This document shows, in pieces, positions 19,946 through 20,000 of a DNA stretch of 20,000 nucleotides. This DNA comes from Desulfonatronovibrionaceae bacterium (GTDB lineage: Bacteria; Desulfobacterota; Desulfovibrionia; Desulfovibrionales; Desulfonatronovibrionaceae). A program made the position numbers and the translations under genes. The notes under the pieces are model-generated. The model was not told the DNA's origin. It searched no databases and saw only the letters and a list, made by a program, of their open reading frames with translations. Location of the stretch: contig JBKHGE010000007.1 of NCBI GenBank assembly GCA_046539845.1, positions 54,077 through 74,076 of the forward strand, written 5' to 3'. Numbering within the stretch: position 1 is the stretch's first letter; each line of letters starts with the position of its first letter.

Positions 19946-20000
19946 TATTTTTTCATCTCCTCCCAATCCTTTAAGAAGGCCTCTAAGCCCTTGTCAGTCA
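19945..20000 (-). CDS. tal: 3' end of a probable transaldolase / fructose-6-phosphate aldolase gene (too short for the ORF track)
   Basis: Minus strand reads TDKGLEAFLKDWEEMKK*, matching the HPLTDxGLxxFLxDW C-terminal motif of TalC/Fsa-type transaldolases; only 17 full codons are visible. Confidence 0.75.
   Translation of the reverse strand, partial: TDKGLEAFLKDWEEMKK

Overview
Mostly core chromosome of a probable Desulfovibrionales-type sulfate reducer (inferred from gene content and protein style). In order: 3' end of ilvC; an orphan PilB/GspE ATPase; a minus-strand run of 2-oxoacid:ferredoxin oxidoreductase subunits (delta-alpha-beta-gamma), surE, fba and gap; a plus-strand run of yhaM-like HD nuclease, tmk, DegT aminotransferase and GT2; tRNA-Val and tRNA-Asp; a pseudo-receiver/TPR protein; two acyltransferases; a small hypothetical; an exported TPR protein; a complete ISL3; and the last codons of a probable transaldolase gene. 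The most interesting signal is a small ISL3 ecosystem. (i) An intact 1396-bp ISL3 (27-bp IRs, perfect 8-bp target duplication) inserted inside the transaldolase stop codon, turning TAA into TAG and separating the gene from its terminator. (ii) A 246-bp non-coding element (14756-15001) has matching ISL3-type ends and an interior that is almost entirely nested inverted repeats, i.e. a highly structured ISL3-type MITE just upstream of an lpxL-like gene. (iii) A possible third solo end relic lies just after the tRNA terminator. No CRISPR array or defence system is evident. Whether the MITE is new cannot be established without database searches.
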